NCBI GenBank assembly: GCA_001643675.2
Contig: LSRY02000029.1
Coordinates: 1,116,001-1,180,000 of the forward strand
DNA from: Monocercomonoides exilis PA203
Taxonomy: Eukaryota; Protista; Preaxostyla
Direction of reading: 5' to 3'
DNA: 64,000 nt
A program made the translations under genes and the position numbers. Shown here in pieces: positions 21,159 to 34,872 of the stretch; within the stretch, counting starts at the first letter, position 1; each line of letters begins with the position of its first letter. The notes under the pieces were generated by a model, which worked only from the letters and a program-made list of their open reading frames with translations, had not been told where the DNA came from and did no database searches.

Positions 21159-24100
21159 TCAACCGGGATGTTCCCTTTGGCCGTTAGCCTCCGCAGCCTC
21201 AGGGAAGACAACATCGGCAGGCAAAGCAGAGAGCATTGGAGAGCTCATCAGAGCAGCCTCGCCCACTTCTGTTGGCTGAGGGGAGATGGATGTGGTGGTG
21301 GAAGAGGAGGAAAGAGAGGAGGAAATAGAAGAAGATGAAGAGGAGGGAGGGAAGGAGATATAAGAAGAAGAAGAAGAGGATGAGGAGAATGAAGAAGAAG
21401 GAAAAGAAGCAGAAGGTTCATTAGACATGAAAGAGCTGAGTGTTTTGTCCGACAGCTGAGTGCGAGCAGGGCGGAGAGGGACAAAAAGGTCGAAGGAGTC
21501 AGAAGAAAGCTCAGAATATGACTCAGCTGGATGAGGGGCATATTCATAGGCAGAAGAGGAGGAGTGGAGATTGGGAGAGGAAGAAGAGGGGAGAAGAGGA
21601 CGGGGCTGAGAATGGGAAGGAGGAGATGGAGAAGAAGAAGAAGAAGATGATGAAGAGGAGGAAGAGGAAGAGGAAGAGGAGGAAGAAGAAGGAGAGGAAG
21701 TAGAAGAAGGTTGATATTCTCTAACAGACGAGCTGTTGAGAGGAGGAGAAGCGAATCTTGATTCCTTCGGAGAGAGCTGGCGGAAGAGGGTGAAGTGTGA
21801 CGAGGAAGGAAGAAGAGAGTTGGCACTGCTGCTGGAGAGGTCACCATAAGAAGAAGAAGAGATAGAAGAAGAAGAAAAGGAAGAGGAAGAAGAAGAGGAG
21901 GATGAGGAAGTAGAAGCAGAAGAAGAATAAGTCGAAGAGGCAGAAGAGCTGATGCTGAGTGTGGAGTGCAGCTGAGATGACTCCTGCGAGGTGGAGTTAG
22001 TTTTGTCGCTGAGGATGCTTTCAGTGCGAGTGTGGGAAGAGTTGGCAGAAGGAGGAGTGGAAGAGGAGGAGTAAGAAGAGGAAGGAGATGTAGAGGAAGG
22101 AGATGTGGAGGAGGACAAGGAAGAAGAAGAGGAAGAAGAAGAGAGGGAGGAGGAGGAAGAGGAAGAAGAAGAAGAATATGAAGACTTCTTGATTGAGGGA
22201 GCAGTTGAAGAAGAGGAAGAAGAGCGGAGGGCAGGAAAGATGAGCTGAAGGGCAGAGTCGAGTGCAGCTGTGTCTGAATCAGAAGAATCGATTGGCTCAG
22301 TCGAAGAGGAAGAGATGTGAGGGGAAGACAGCTTGGAGAGAGGAGAGGAGAAGAGAGGGTGGAATGTAGAAGAGGAGGAAGATGTAGAGAGAGAAGAAGA
22401 AGAAGAAGAAGAAGAGGAAGTTGATGATGACAAAGAGGAGGATGATGAAGAAGAGGAAGAAGAAGAGGAAGAAGAAGGAGATGTCGAAGCAAAAGATAAA
22501 GGATACGATGACATCAGAGGCGACAGACAAGACACAAGTGAATGAGAAGTAGAGAACTCTGCGTTGTCTCTCCCACCGCTGTTAGTCGATTCTGAGTGCA
22601 GATCGTCCTTTGAGTCAATCCTCACATACGAGTCCTCGCACCTCCTGAACAGCTCCTGCCCTTCGCTCTCCCTCGTCTTCCTGCTCTCTGAGCCAGACGA
22701 TCTGCCCCCACAACTGCTGCTTTCGTTGCAGCTGCCTTCCTCTTTGCTCTGGTGCGACAGGCACAAGCTGTCCATCCCAATCACATTGAACCCTTCAAAA
22801 CAGCTCGACGAATCGTCTGAGGAGTCATCAGTGGAGTTATCTGGGGAATTGCTGCTCCTCTTCTCCACACTCTCTCCAATACCACTTTTATTACTACTGC
22901 CACTACTGCTGCTACTACTATTGAGATTACTATTATTACCATTGCTACTGCCATCAACATTACCCCCCGCTTTCTTCTTCTCGTCATACTCGTCAGTCAC
23001 ACCTGCATCTCCCCAGCTCTCAACCCATCTGGATGGAGAGAGTGAGGCTGTGCGACGAGGAGGGGGAGGAATTGGTGGCTGAATGGGTGGGGTGTGCGGG
23101 AGAGGGGCAGACGGGGTGCGAATTGGGGGAATGGTAGAGGAGGCAGCAGAGGTTGTGTTGGAGGAAGAGTAGGAGGTGTAGATGTTGGAGGAAGGGTCTA
23201 AGGCAGGAGAGCGGGAAGGGCGCTGGATGGTGGAGAAGTTGGAGTTTGACTGGAAAGGAGGAGGAGAGAAAGGGCGGATGAAAGAAGGGTCAGTGGAGAG
23301 AGAAGATGCGAGGGAGGAATACAAAGAGGAGTTGATGGCACTCTGCAGTAGATGCTCTTTGTCTGACTGCCCACTCTCAGACGTATGTGCTGTCTGTCTT
23401 GTGCTCTCTGACTCGTTCGAATAAGACGAGAAAGACGACTGGAAAGATGTCTTTCTGGCTGGATTCTGACTGCTTGTCTGCTCTTTCTGTGAGCTGCCGT
23501 GATGATTGCTATTACTATTACTATTATTACCATTGCTATTGTTATTGTTGAGGCCATCAATGTTATTGTGATGATGGCTGTGATGATGGTGGCTGTGGTG
23601 GCTGTGGTGGCTGTGGTGCAGATGGCGATGGCGATGGCGCCTCCCACTCGATCTGGCAGAGAGGGCAGAGATGATCGAGTTTCTGTGCATCGAGCGCCTT
23701 CCGTGTGTTGAGATGGAGTGTGTGTCAGAGCGAGAGAAAGAGCGGGAGTGCCGACGGGAATGCGAATGTGTCTGGTGCTTTCTGCTCAGGCTCAGCTGCA
23801 CATTCAGATCAGACTCACTCGAATGGGCTGTGCTGTGTGCAGAGACTGACGCTGCATCACTCGGAAGAAGAGTTTTCGCTGTGCCTTCATCGGATGATGC
23901 ACTGCTGGACGGTTGCAGCTCTTCTTTGTCTTCTTTGCTTTCTTTTTCTTCTTTTTCCTTCTTGTTCTTAATTTCCTCTTTGTCTTCTTTATCTTCCTTG
24001 CCTTCCTTCTCTTCTTTCTCTTCTGGTGCTTCAGGCTGTGGAGACGGGATTGGTGTCAGCTCCTTCTTTGCATTGAGCGAACTTGACTTGTCTGAACTGC

Positions 24101-27100
24101 TAGTTGACTCACTTTCAGTTGAACTGGAATAATCTGTGTCACTACTGTCATCATCATCATCATATCGAGAGCTGTTGGTTGTTTCTTCGCTGCTGTCATC
24201 ATCATCGTCTTCATCGTCAGAGAGGAGACTTGTGCTGGTTGAATAGGAGGAATGAGACAGTCGATGTGTGTTTGTCGGAGAATTCGGCTCTTTCTGATCG
24301 TTTCTGTGCACAAAATGAGGATTGTGTGGATGCATAAAGGAGGATGGATCAGTGGCAGAGACATTGGAGGAGACTAACACTGAAGAAGAAGCTGAAGAAG
24401 TAGAAGAAGTAGTAGTAGAAGAAGCAGAAGGATTTGCAATTGTTTTCATTGTTGGCATTGAAGGAGAGCATAAAGACGGAGAAATAGAAGCATTCGGCAT
24501 CTGAATTGCCTGCGGTGTGGCTGCCATCCCCGCACTGCCTGAGGCAGCATCGACACCTGCACTGGCTGTCCTCTTTGCGAGTGGAGGAGAGGAAAGAGAG
24601 GAGGCGTCAGCAGCAGAGGCAGAGGGAGACACGAGTGGTGGAACAGACGCCAGTTGGGCGAAGGCAAAGACAGGGGCATACATGAAGCCATGGAAGGGGA
24701 CGGGCTGCTGGATGCGGGAGGAGGAGGAAGGGTTGATCACAGGCTGGGTGGAGGAGAGGGCAGAGACAGGGAGAGTGGTGAGGAGCTGCGGAGTGATACG
24801 AGGGGGAGGGGGGAGAGGTGGGTAGTTTGTGAAGCCTAATTGACTCATCGTTTCTGCTTGCTGCATTTGTTGTTGTTGTTGTTGTTGTGTCTGAACAGGC
24901 ACTGCTCTCTGCTGATGGTCAGAAGAGTTCTGGAGAGGGTGCCTTTGCATTGAAGGTGATTCCCCTTGTGCACCTTGCGTCTGCTGAGGTGCAGAAGGCA
25001 GAGCAGCCATCTGTGAAACCTGTGGGCTGAAGCCAGAAAAGGGAGAGTAATCGCGAAGAGAGGGAAGAGAAGAGATGGAAGAGACAGACTGAGTGCGCTG
25101 TGAGGCTGTGGACTGCAGAAGAGGAGGCGATTGAGTGGAGAATGCGCCCTGGGCAGCAGCAGTTGTTATGCCCACAGAATATGAAGGCTGGTCTGTCTTG
25201 TTGTGGACAGCTGGGCCAAAGGGGAAGAAAGAAGTCTGCATTTGAGAGAAAGGGGTGCCTGAGTTGATTGGTGGAGAGGGCGGGAAAAGCGAATTTGGAG
25301 AGAAGTTCTGTCTTCTCCGCTCGGCAAACGAGGAAGGCGAGGAAGAAGGCGAGGTGCCTGCTGCTGGCAGCTGCCCTGGCTGTGAATGGGCCATAGACGA
25401 AGCATCAGAGTGGAGAGCGTCTTCATCAGTGACTGTGTCACCTTGTGGTGTCTGTACATGCTGCAGGGCGTTGAAGGCGAAAGGGGAGGAGTACATGGGA
25501 TTGAGTGCAAGGGGAGGGGAGGTGGTGAATGGGCCGCTGAGTGTGTTGCTCACACCAGCAGAGGAGGCGATGGAGGGTGTCATGTAAGGGAACTGGGGAG
25601 AATAGAGCGATGTGCCGAGGAGAGGAGGAGAGTGGGTGAGGGTGTAGTTGGAGGCAGGCGAGAGCAAAGAGGGTGACTGGGAGGAGGTGATGATCTGGGC
25701 AGAGGTGGCGAATGTGGGCGAGACACGACGTTGGCCGGGGAGTGGGTGGATCATCGGAGGAGAGACAGAGGATGCGTGGCGGGTGAGGGGAGGGGCAGCC
25801 ATAGAGGAACAGACTGATGAAAGGAAGGGGGGTGACTGCGTGTTGAAGTGCAGGTGGGTGTAAGATGGCTGTTTGGGAATGGTGATGGAAGGGAGCTGCG
25901 GGTTAACAACAAGAGCAGACGGAGGAGATGAGTTCTGTGGCTGAATGGAAGGCTGTTGCTGTTGCTGTGATTGTGTTTGCGATTGTTGTGATTGCTGTTG
26001 TTGAAGTTGTTGAGTGGGAGTGACAGCAGAAGCATACTGAATTCTTTGATCCGCATACTCTTTTGTAAGAAAGAGTTGTTGTTGTTGTTGAGACTGTTGT
26101 TGTTGCTGCTGCTGTTGTTGCATTTGTGCTGCAGAATTCTCAAAATGTTCATTTGTGTATGACATTTCCATCTGAGATTGCTGTTGTGGCTGTTGTGTCA
26201 CAAGATATCCTCCATTCTGTGCCACCATCTGAACAACACTTCGTTCTCTTTGTGGATTCGAACTAGAAACACTCCCACTGATAGCACTAACACCACCAAC
26301 ACCACTTGCACTGTTATTACTACTGTTACTACTATTACTATTGATGCTATTGGTATTGCTATTAATATTGCTACTACCACCTCCACTTCCTCCACCACCT
26401 CCTCCTTCGCTGATCTGTGCCTCCATCAGCTGCACCAGCTGCTGAATGACTTGTGGGTCTGCTGGCTGCCCTGCCTGCTGCATTTGCTGAATGTGCTGAA
26501 TCAGACTCTGCTGCTGCAACAACAACATCCTCATCTTCTCATCCTTCCCTTCTTTCTCTTCGTTTGGCTGTGAATGCCCTGTTCTTTTGTTCTTCCTCTT
26601 TCTTTTTCGCTTCCTCTCGTTCTTCTTCTGCTTCGACTGTTCAGACGCATCACCCCCTCCTGCCATTGCTGATTCTCCCCCTCCTTCAGCACACACACCA
26701 TTTCGGATGAGACCATTCTCTGAATGATCTCCTTTTATCATTCCTCCTCCTCCTCCTCCTTCTCCACTCTCCAATGAATCAACAGCTCCATTTGACAGCT
26801 CTGGTGAAGGAGATGCAGGAGCAGCAAAGTTGACCTGTTTGATGGAAGGAGTGGGCAGAAGAGGCTGAGTGGAGACAGCAGTCGCACTGAGGATGTCTGG
26901 TGAGATTGAGGCATTGCTGAGAAATGAGGCAGAACTGACAGAACTGATAGAATTAACAGAATTAAGAGGCACTCCTTCTTTTGGAACAATGTTCAATTCA
27001 GATGAAGCAACACTTTCTCCTTCATTTGTCACAATGCTGCTGTTTTGTGTCTGACTTGTTTGTTGTTCTGTCACATTCTGTGTCTGCCTCTGCATCTCAG

Positions 27101-30100
27101 ACGAAACAGAACTCATTGCTTCTTTTGGAGGAGAAGTTGATTGGATGACATTTTGTGTGTTGGCAGTTGACATCTGCATTGACATTGACATTGCAATTGA
27201 CATTTCTGGAAGAGAATACGAAGGCAGCTTTCGAGATGGAGAAGAGGAAGAAGAGGAAGATATCGAAGAAGGAGATGATGATGATGATGATGAAGGAATA
27301 GATGCAGAGACAGAAGCAGAAGCAACCCCAGCAGCAGTAACAGCAGCAGTAACAGCAGCAGTAACAGCAGCATTAGACACATTCATAGGAAATCCCAGTG
27401 ATTGCACAGGAGAGGCAGAGCGTCTGTATATTCCGCAGTCAGTTGTGCGTATCTTCGGTGGCGGAGACATTCTCTTCCTCAGCAACTGCACAGCAGCTGC
27501 ATCGACATTCTGAAGAGTGCTGAGAGAAGAGGCAGTGCTATTCATTCCATTGATAGTATTGATACCATTGATAGAAGTGATACTGTTAGAAATGATCATT
27601 CCTTTGTCTTTTGAGGGAAGGGCAGAAGAGACAGAAGAGGAAGAGAGAGAAGAGAGAGAAGAAGAAGAGGAAGAAGAGGAAGATGGTGAAGGAATGGCAG
27701 AAGCAGTTGAGATGGAAGAGAAAGAGGAGAGAGAAAGAGGAAGATCAGCGAATGAAGATTGGAGTGAAGGAGGAAGAGGAGAGGGAGACAGAGAGCGTTG
27801 TGGAGTGATGCCACGGAGAGAAGGAGAAGGAGGAGGAGAACGAGGTTTACGTTGGATTGTTGGAGAAGGGCAAGGAGAAGGAGAAGGAGAGAAAGAGGAA
27901 GAAGAAGAAGATGATGGAACTGAAGATGGATTAGGACAAGTTGTTGAGGATGGCATTTTGGCAGATGAAGAAGATGAGGATGATTCAACAGGAGGAGGGA
28001 GAATGGAAGAAGGAGAAGAAGATGCCGTCAATGAAACATTTTGAGGAGTAACTTTGTTGTTTGTTTGCTGTTCATTTGTTGTGTTTGAAGATGTTCTGTC
28101 TGTTTCTGAGTGAATATGTGACTCATTTGTCTGTTTTGTATGTTCAACAGAATGAGAATGAGAAGAAGAGGAAGAGGAAGAAGGCAGCTGATTATTCTCC
28201 TCCCTTAAAGACACAGAAGAATTCATCATCATCATCGTCATCTGCTGCTGCTGTTGTTGAGAAGCTGTCATTTCATTTGCATCTTTGGCAGAAGTGTCAG
28301 AGAGCATTTCCTCATTCACATCAGGGCTGTTTGGCTGCTGTGTGGAATTGTCCTTTTTTGTGGCTGTTTTTGGAATGAATGCCTTTGCAGCGACACGAAG
28401 AATGGAGCGAGTGAAGGCAGACAGATGCTCTTGAGAGGGGGATTGTTGTTGAGGGTCATGAGAAACAGAATGAGAAGAGGAAGAAGAATTCCTCACATTC
28501 ATTGGTGGAAGAGGAGGAGAAGAGGAAGAAGAAGCAGATGATTTTGAATGGGACGAAAGCGAATGAGAATGAGGAGGGGAAGAAGGAGAAAGATGGATGG
28601 AAACAGGAGGAGATGTTGAGTGTTCTGCTGCTTTTGATGTCTGTCCACTCATCCTCATCAGTTCATCACGAGATGCAAAAGAAGAAGAAGAAGAAGAAGA
28701 AGGTAACGATGATGATGATGATGATGATGATGATGAAGCAGAAGCAAATCCTGATGGATGAATGGTAGTCATTGGTTGCTGAATTGCATATGAGTACTGT
28801 TGTTGTTGTATTTGTTGCATTTGCTGTTGATGACTCTGATGAAGATGATGTTGCTGCTGCTGTTGCTGTTCAGAGGGAGAAAGAGGCTGAACATTCTGAG
28901 TGAATGGATAGGACGGGATGACAAACACAGCAGGGCTGCTGAGAGAGGCCGAAGGGAGACAGACAGAAGACGTTGGATGGGCAGCCATTGGAGACGAGGG
29001 AGAGGCAGAGGAGAAGGAAGACGAAGGGACAGACTGAACATAGCAGGCATTGGAGAGAGAGACAGAGGGGGTGGAAGGAAAAGGGTGTTGCAATGGATTC
29101 TGTTGTTGTTGCTGTTGCTGCTGTTGAGGAAGAGTGAACAGAGCATCAGAACGAGATGGCTGTTGTTGCAATGGCTGGAATGCATTGAAAGTGTTGAGAG
29201 ATTGCTGCTGTTGTTGTTGCTGCTGTTGCTGAACCTGTTGCACTTGTTGTATTTGTGATTGCAATTGAGGTTGTAATTGAGGTTGTATTTGAGTCTGCTG
29301 AGGAGGTGTGGGGAACAGCTGGAGTGTTTGGAAGGAGGCAGACGGGGTGGCTGAAGAGACAGCTGGCTGGACAGACAGAAGAGGACGAATCTGAATAGTC
29401 TGATGGGCCATTGGGATGGATGATTTCAGTGGGATTGTCTGTGACTGCAGCTGAGGCTGAGATAGAGGCTGAGAAAGAGATTGAGAAAGGGGTTGAGAAA
29501 GAGATTGAGACAATGACTGATTAAGAGATTGATTGGCTGATTGAGTGGAAGAAGGTGACTGTATCTGTGTTTGTGTTTGTGTTTGTGTCTGCTGCTGGAG
29601 TGATGTCTGTGAGAGATGGGCAAGAGCCATCTGATGCTGTGCAAGAGGCGCCTTTTTGTGGGGCAGAATGTAAAGACGGACAGTGCCAACATCAATTGTG
29701 CCTTTGCGGAGGAACTCATTTGTGGCCTGTGTGAATGGAAGAGGAAATAAATAAATAAATAAATAAATAAATAAAGTATTGTTTAATAAAAAAAAAGAAT
29801 ATTAATATCATTGATTTGTAACATGAATAAAGCAATGAATAATCACAGTTAATAAAGAAAAAAAGAAGAAATTAGAAACAAACTTCTTCACCTCGTTTGT
29901 TGGCCTTAAAGTGGACAAAGCCAAATCCTCTGAACAGCCCTCCTTCCTGTTTAGGAAGCTCCACCCGCACAACTTCTGCTTGTGTGCTAAATGCCTCTCT
30001 CACTGTCTGCTCATTGAATAGGCCCCGCAGCTCATCAGCACGCGATCCTTTGAACCGCACCATCACAGAGCAATGCAGAGCCATCGAGTCTGCCCAGTCC

Positions 30101-30878
30101 ACGCCAAGCACCGAGTCGCGCAGACGGATCATGTTGCTGTTTCGCTTCGCCTCCACTGCTGAAGAACGGCGAGAGAAGGTGATAAAGCAGGAATGCGTTT
30201 CGCTATCAAGCTCAAATGCACCAATTGGACCAAAAGTTCTATTTGCAAAAAAGTCAGTCATTAAAAAAAAAAAAATAAAAACGATATTTTTTTTTTTGAA
30301 AAAGCATCTAAAAATTAAATAAAAATCATACTCAAAGAGTTGATAAATTTCTGAGACAGTTACATCAGAGGGCAGATTTTGAATTCGAACACTCGAATTT
30401 CGAGCAGCTGAATTCACTTTCAAGGGACGAGAACGAATCCACTGAAAACATTGAAAAGTGTTCATATTCACGAAAAAAATATGAAAAAAAATTTTTTTAT
30501 AAAAATATAGCATATTTCACATACAAATCCTTCAGTTGAAGCTAAAACATTTGCAGGGCCTTCTTCATCCGCGAAATATACAAATCCGTATCCAAGACTA
30601 TTTCCTGTGAATTTATCTCTTTTCACCATGACACTATTTATTTTTCCATATTTATTAAATAGCTCTTGAAGATCATTTTCTGTAATTGATGCATCAAGAT
30701 CGCCAACAAAAATTCCACCTAAAAATTATTTACATTAAAAATTTATCACAGAAAATTTATTGTTTTTAAATGTATGCATTTAATATATATTTAAAGAAGC
30801 AAACGTCCTTCATCATCTAAAAGGCAAACATAAAAAAAATATTAAACATGAATATAAAAACAACATTCCCAAACCCAT
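21159..30878 (-). CDS. Giant (~3100 aa) protein: three N-terminal RRMs followed by ~2800 aa of low-complexity sequence
   Basis: Exons 30878-30875 (ATGG) and 30816-30805 (12 nt) lead into RRM1 (GIFVGDLD..GYGFVYF), RRM2 (VRIQNLP..SCFITF) and RRM3 (FRGFGFVHF); an intron at about 29886-29727 joins in frame to the 2823-aa ORF. Confidence 0.85.
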
Positions 30879-31052
30879 TGACAGCTGAAAGTGATTGTTC
30901 TTTTAATTATGCTGTAGCTATTTATTGGCTCTTCCAAAATACGTCGTTATAACGATTTTCACGAGTTATGAACTAATTTTTAGATCATAATTACTATAAT
31001 TATCATTTGAGAGCTGATCGAATTGATCGTGCCATAGTTATCGCTTTGAACA

Positions 31053-31378
31053 ATGGTATGCTTTTTGATGTATTTTTAGCTGATATATCAATGATCTTAT
31101 TGCATTCATAATCTTCAATTAATGCGGCGATTATTTATCTTTGTTAATTACATTTAGCCGTCACACAAAACATTGCAAATCAAATTGAAAATGGCCAAGT
31201 TGCGCAAACAAAATAGACCGTTGCCTAATTGGTTTAGACTTAAGAAAGATACCAAAATTAGGTTAGAATTATAGTTGTATATATGCAATTTGTATTTTAA
31301 ACTTGTTATTTTGAATATTTCATTTTTAGATACAACTCAAAGCGTCATCACTGGAGACGTACCAAGTTGAATTTGTAA
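31053..31378 (+). CDS. RPL39: 60S ribosomal protein L39 (3 exons, first coding exon is ATG only; absent from ORF track)
   Basis: [51 protein letters not shown]. Confidence 0.97.
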
Positions 31379-32105
31379 AAAATGATAATACAAATTCAGA
31401 TACGTTTTAAACCGTTCATTACAAGTTTTAATATTTCGGCCTTTTTTAGCATTATGCAACAAAGGACAGCTCAATACTTTCCAATTTTTCATTCACTGCG
31501 ATTAAAAAGGCTACAACAAACATTTTCATTATTTGTCATATTTTTATGATTAAGCGTTTGCAAAAACTTTATTTTGCTACAAAGACCTTTATGATATTTG
31601 CAATGAAGGGATTTATTTACATGAAATTCTCAAAAATAATAAATATGTATTTTTCAAAAACGAAACAATAAATTATTATAAAAAAAGAGAAGAAAAGAAT
31701 GGAAAAGCTCACATAAACATTCCTTGATTTAAAAATTTGAAAGTTTGAAAAGAAGGAAAAAATGATACGAAAAAATGAAGATTGTTCTCAGAAAAGAGCG
31801 ATCAGGCAAGAAATATTGAAGTTACCAAAATTTTCCTTTTTCGTGCAGAAATGAAAAGAAATCACTAATTGTTTCTAGCGATAGAGCTGCAATTAGCTTC
31901 TTTAATGATAATATAAAGCATTTTCATATTCAAAAATATTAAGAAATAATGATTTGTTCTTCGGTTAATGATGAAAAGCTTCATTGAGAAAAAAATTCTC
32001 AATTTTTAATTGTTTTTTGTGTTTTTGAAACGAGAAGTTTAAAAAAAAGAAAAAATGTTAAAAAAATTTTGTACCATAGTATTTTTTATTTAAGTTTTTA
32101 AATTT

Positions 32106-34829
32106 ATGTCTGGGTTTTCACTTTATGTAGACTCCATAGAAGGCATAATAGAAGATCCACTTATTGTTTGCAATTTTTCTTTTCTCTCTTTATTTTTTTA
32201 ATCCTTTCATTTTGAAGAGAACGGGGCTGGACATTGATTATTGCTTCTACAGATATAATCTGACATTTTACAATTCATTAACCAAAAGAATCAAAGGCGC
32301 AACATACGAAAGTTGTTTACACAAACCAGAAGAAATTCAAACCAACATTTTCAACTGCTCGATAAACGACCTGTTGTTTTTTTTGTGCGAACCAGAACAG
32401 CATTGCTTTTTAATTTTGGAAATAGTCTTCGTGGCAATTGATAAAATAAACCATGTAGTTCGTGAGGTTAGTCTTGGATGGACTCATGTGGCAATTCCCC
32501 AACCAGAAACTCTTTCTGACATATCAGATTACAAAAGAGTGAAATTATCTCGGAAAATGGAATCAATAGAATTGAAACAAGGGACTCCACGGGTCTTTTT
32601 GTTTTTGAACGATATTTCAAGTACAAGTTTGATGCATTTATTTTCTGATTCAATTTTTTCGTTTCATTCAAATTATTATTAGTTACTGAAAATATACCCG
32701 GTTCTTTTGTCCGCATATGCTTCTTATCACATAAAAAATTGAAAGAATTTACATCTATTGTTCCTTTATATGTAATTTTTGATGAAACAAACGGATCCAC
32801 AACTGTTCCAGGCCTACTTTCTCCTCATTATCAGTATTTAGTTCAGCAAATATACAGAAATGATCTTGAAGTACTTAGAGATCGCCTAACAATGACCCCA
32901 TCAGCTCTTTCGGACAAGTACTATCCTAAAACCTTACAAGATGACGCCGATAGTGGAAACTTCAAATTGGCAAAAGAAAAATGGAAAATGGCAGCGATGA
33001 AAGTATTGATGCAGTCTGGGAAAAACACTTCACAGAATCAAGATTTGACAACTTCATCACAACAAAAGGCTAAATCTCCATCTTTGGCTTCATCTTCCCA
33101 GAGGCCTGCAAGTCGAGCTGATTCAAAATTATCATCTAAAGAAAGCCGATCTGGTTCTGTTTCTTCATCTTCAACAAAACAAGCTCAAGAAAGCAAGCCA
33201 AAGTTTTCTTCATCTGCATTTGCGCGGGCTGCTGTTGCCAGTGTGTTTATGTCACGTCTTAAAAGGAAGCGCAGAATGCATAGCACGAATTCTCAACAAA
33301 TGAACAAGGGATCTTCACAGAATGCTGGCGCAAAAGGAGATGGAGAATTTGGAATAATGAAGGAGCTCAAAAAGGATGAGAAAGAACGACTTGAAGCGCT
33401 GAATATAATGTCGAAAGAAGGATGGCTGGAAGAAATGAATGCAACACGTTCGGCGTTGAAAGATGCTTTCAGAGCGAAAAAGCAAAAGATTAGAAGAGAA
33501 AAACAAAAAAATGAGAAGAAAAAGAAGAAAAACGATAAACCATTCAATATGAATCCGCGAAAGAGAAACAAGGAAACATTGAATATGTCAGAAGACGATG
33601 ATTCAGACAGTGCAAACAGCTCTCAGCGGTCAGATTTTGATGAAGAGGAAGCAACTTTTTCAGAAGGCGAAGAAGAGCAAATTGTGCAACGAATAACAAA
33701 AGACTCGTGGCTGTTTCAGGACGAATGGACAATAAACGATTTTCTACCAACTGAAGCTTCGGAAATACTCAATTTTATGAAGAGAAAAGCACTTTACATG
33801 AAGAACAACCGTCAAATGCTTCCTGAATCGAAAGACGAAATGAATTTGGCAGAGTTGACAGATGCCGAAATGGCAGCAGCAGAAGAAGAAGGGTATTACC
33901 AAAACTTGAAAAGAAGAGGACTTGAAAGAAGGAGTTTGCTTGTTTTGCTGTCAGAAGAGCGAAGAAGATTGTGCAGCAGTTGGCGCTCCACAGAAATGAC
34001 TGTGAAAGAGAGGCCAGCCATGTTTGGGAGCTTGCTGAGGCAGCCTGTGTTGACTGAGCGCATGTCATTCCGACTGACAGACATTACTCTGCGTTTGACA
34101 GCTGGTTTTGAGGATTTGATGAGAGAGCAGCTGAATTGGACACGCAAATGGGAACAGCAAAGAGAAAAAGGTGTGAATGCAAAAAGAGGAAAAAAAAGTG
34201 AACGTTAAATATTTTTTATATATTTCCAAATTAAATAGAATTTTTTTTTGAGTTTTTGCGATTCAAGAAAAAACGTACTCATTTTGTCTGATGAATTTTA
34301 ATGTTCTTTAAATGTGAAAATATAATGTTTTCTTGTCATGCTGTGTCATATTGCAGATATCCAGAAAGTGACAGTCGAGCAAAGACAGCTGCTGATCATT
34401 CCACACAACACTTTGACAATTTGTGGTGAAGTTCAAAGCGAAGAGCTTCTCACAGGAAAGACCATCACAGTGAACAGTGGTAGGAAAAGAAAGATGTACT
34501 CCACACTTCGCACAAAAAAAGGATTCATCACAATCAAAAATGCAATTCCACATCCAGCATACACACTTCTGATTGCTGTGCTTTACAAAGTGAACATTCC
34601 AATTTCTGTGAATCCAACAGAAGTGAAAGAGTCGTCGTCTTCTTCTTCTTCGACTATCAAAAAGTCAGCAAAACGCACGCCAATTCCAGCATCAACACAA
34701 AGAGATCTATGGATTGGATGGAGGGAATATCAGCCATTTGTTCAGAATGTGAAACAAAAGACGTTAAGTGATGTGCTAAATAACACGGAAGCTGATGAAG
34801 AAAGTGAAGAAGAAGAAGAAGAAGAAGAA

Positions 34830-34872
<43 letters not shown>

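Noticed and set aside
21248-29719. Many overlapping alternative-frame and antisense ORFs (poly-Leu, poly-Glu, poly-Met)
   Set aside because: Shadows of TCT/TCA/CAG triplet repeats in the real Ser/Gln-rich frame; no independent motifs.
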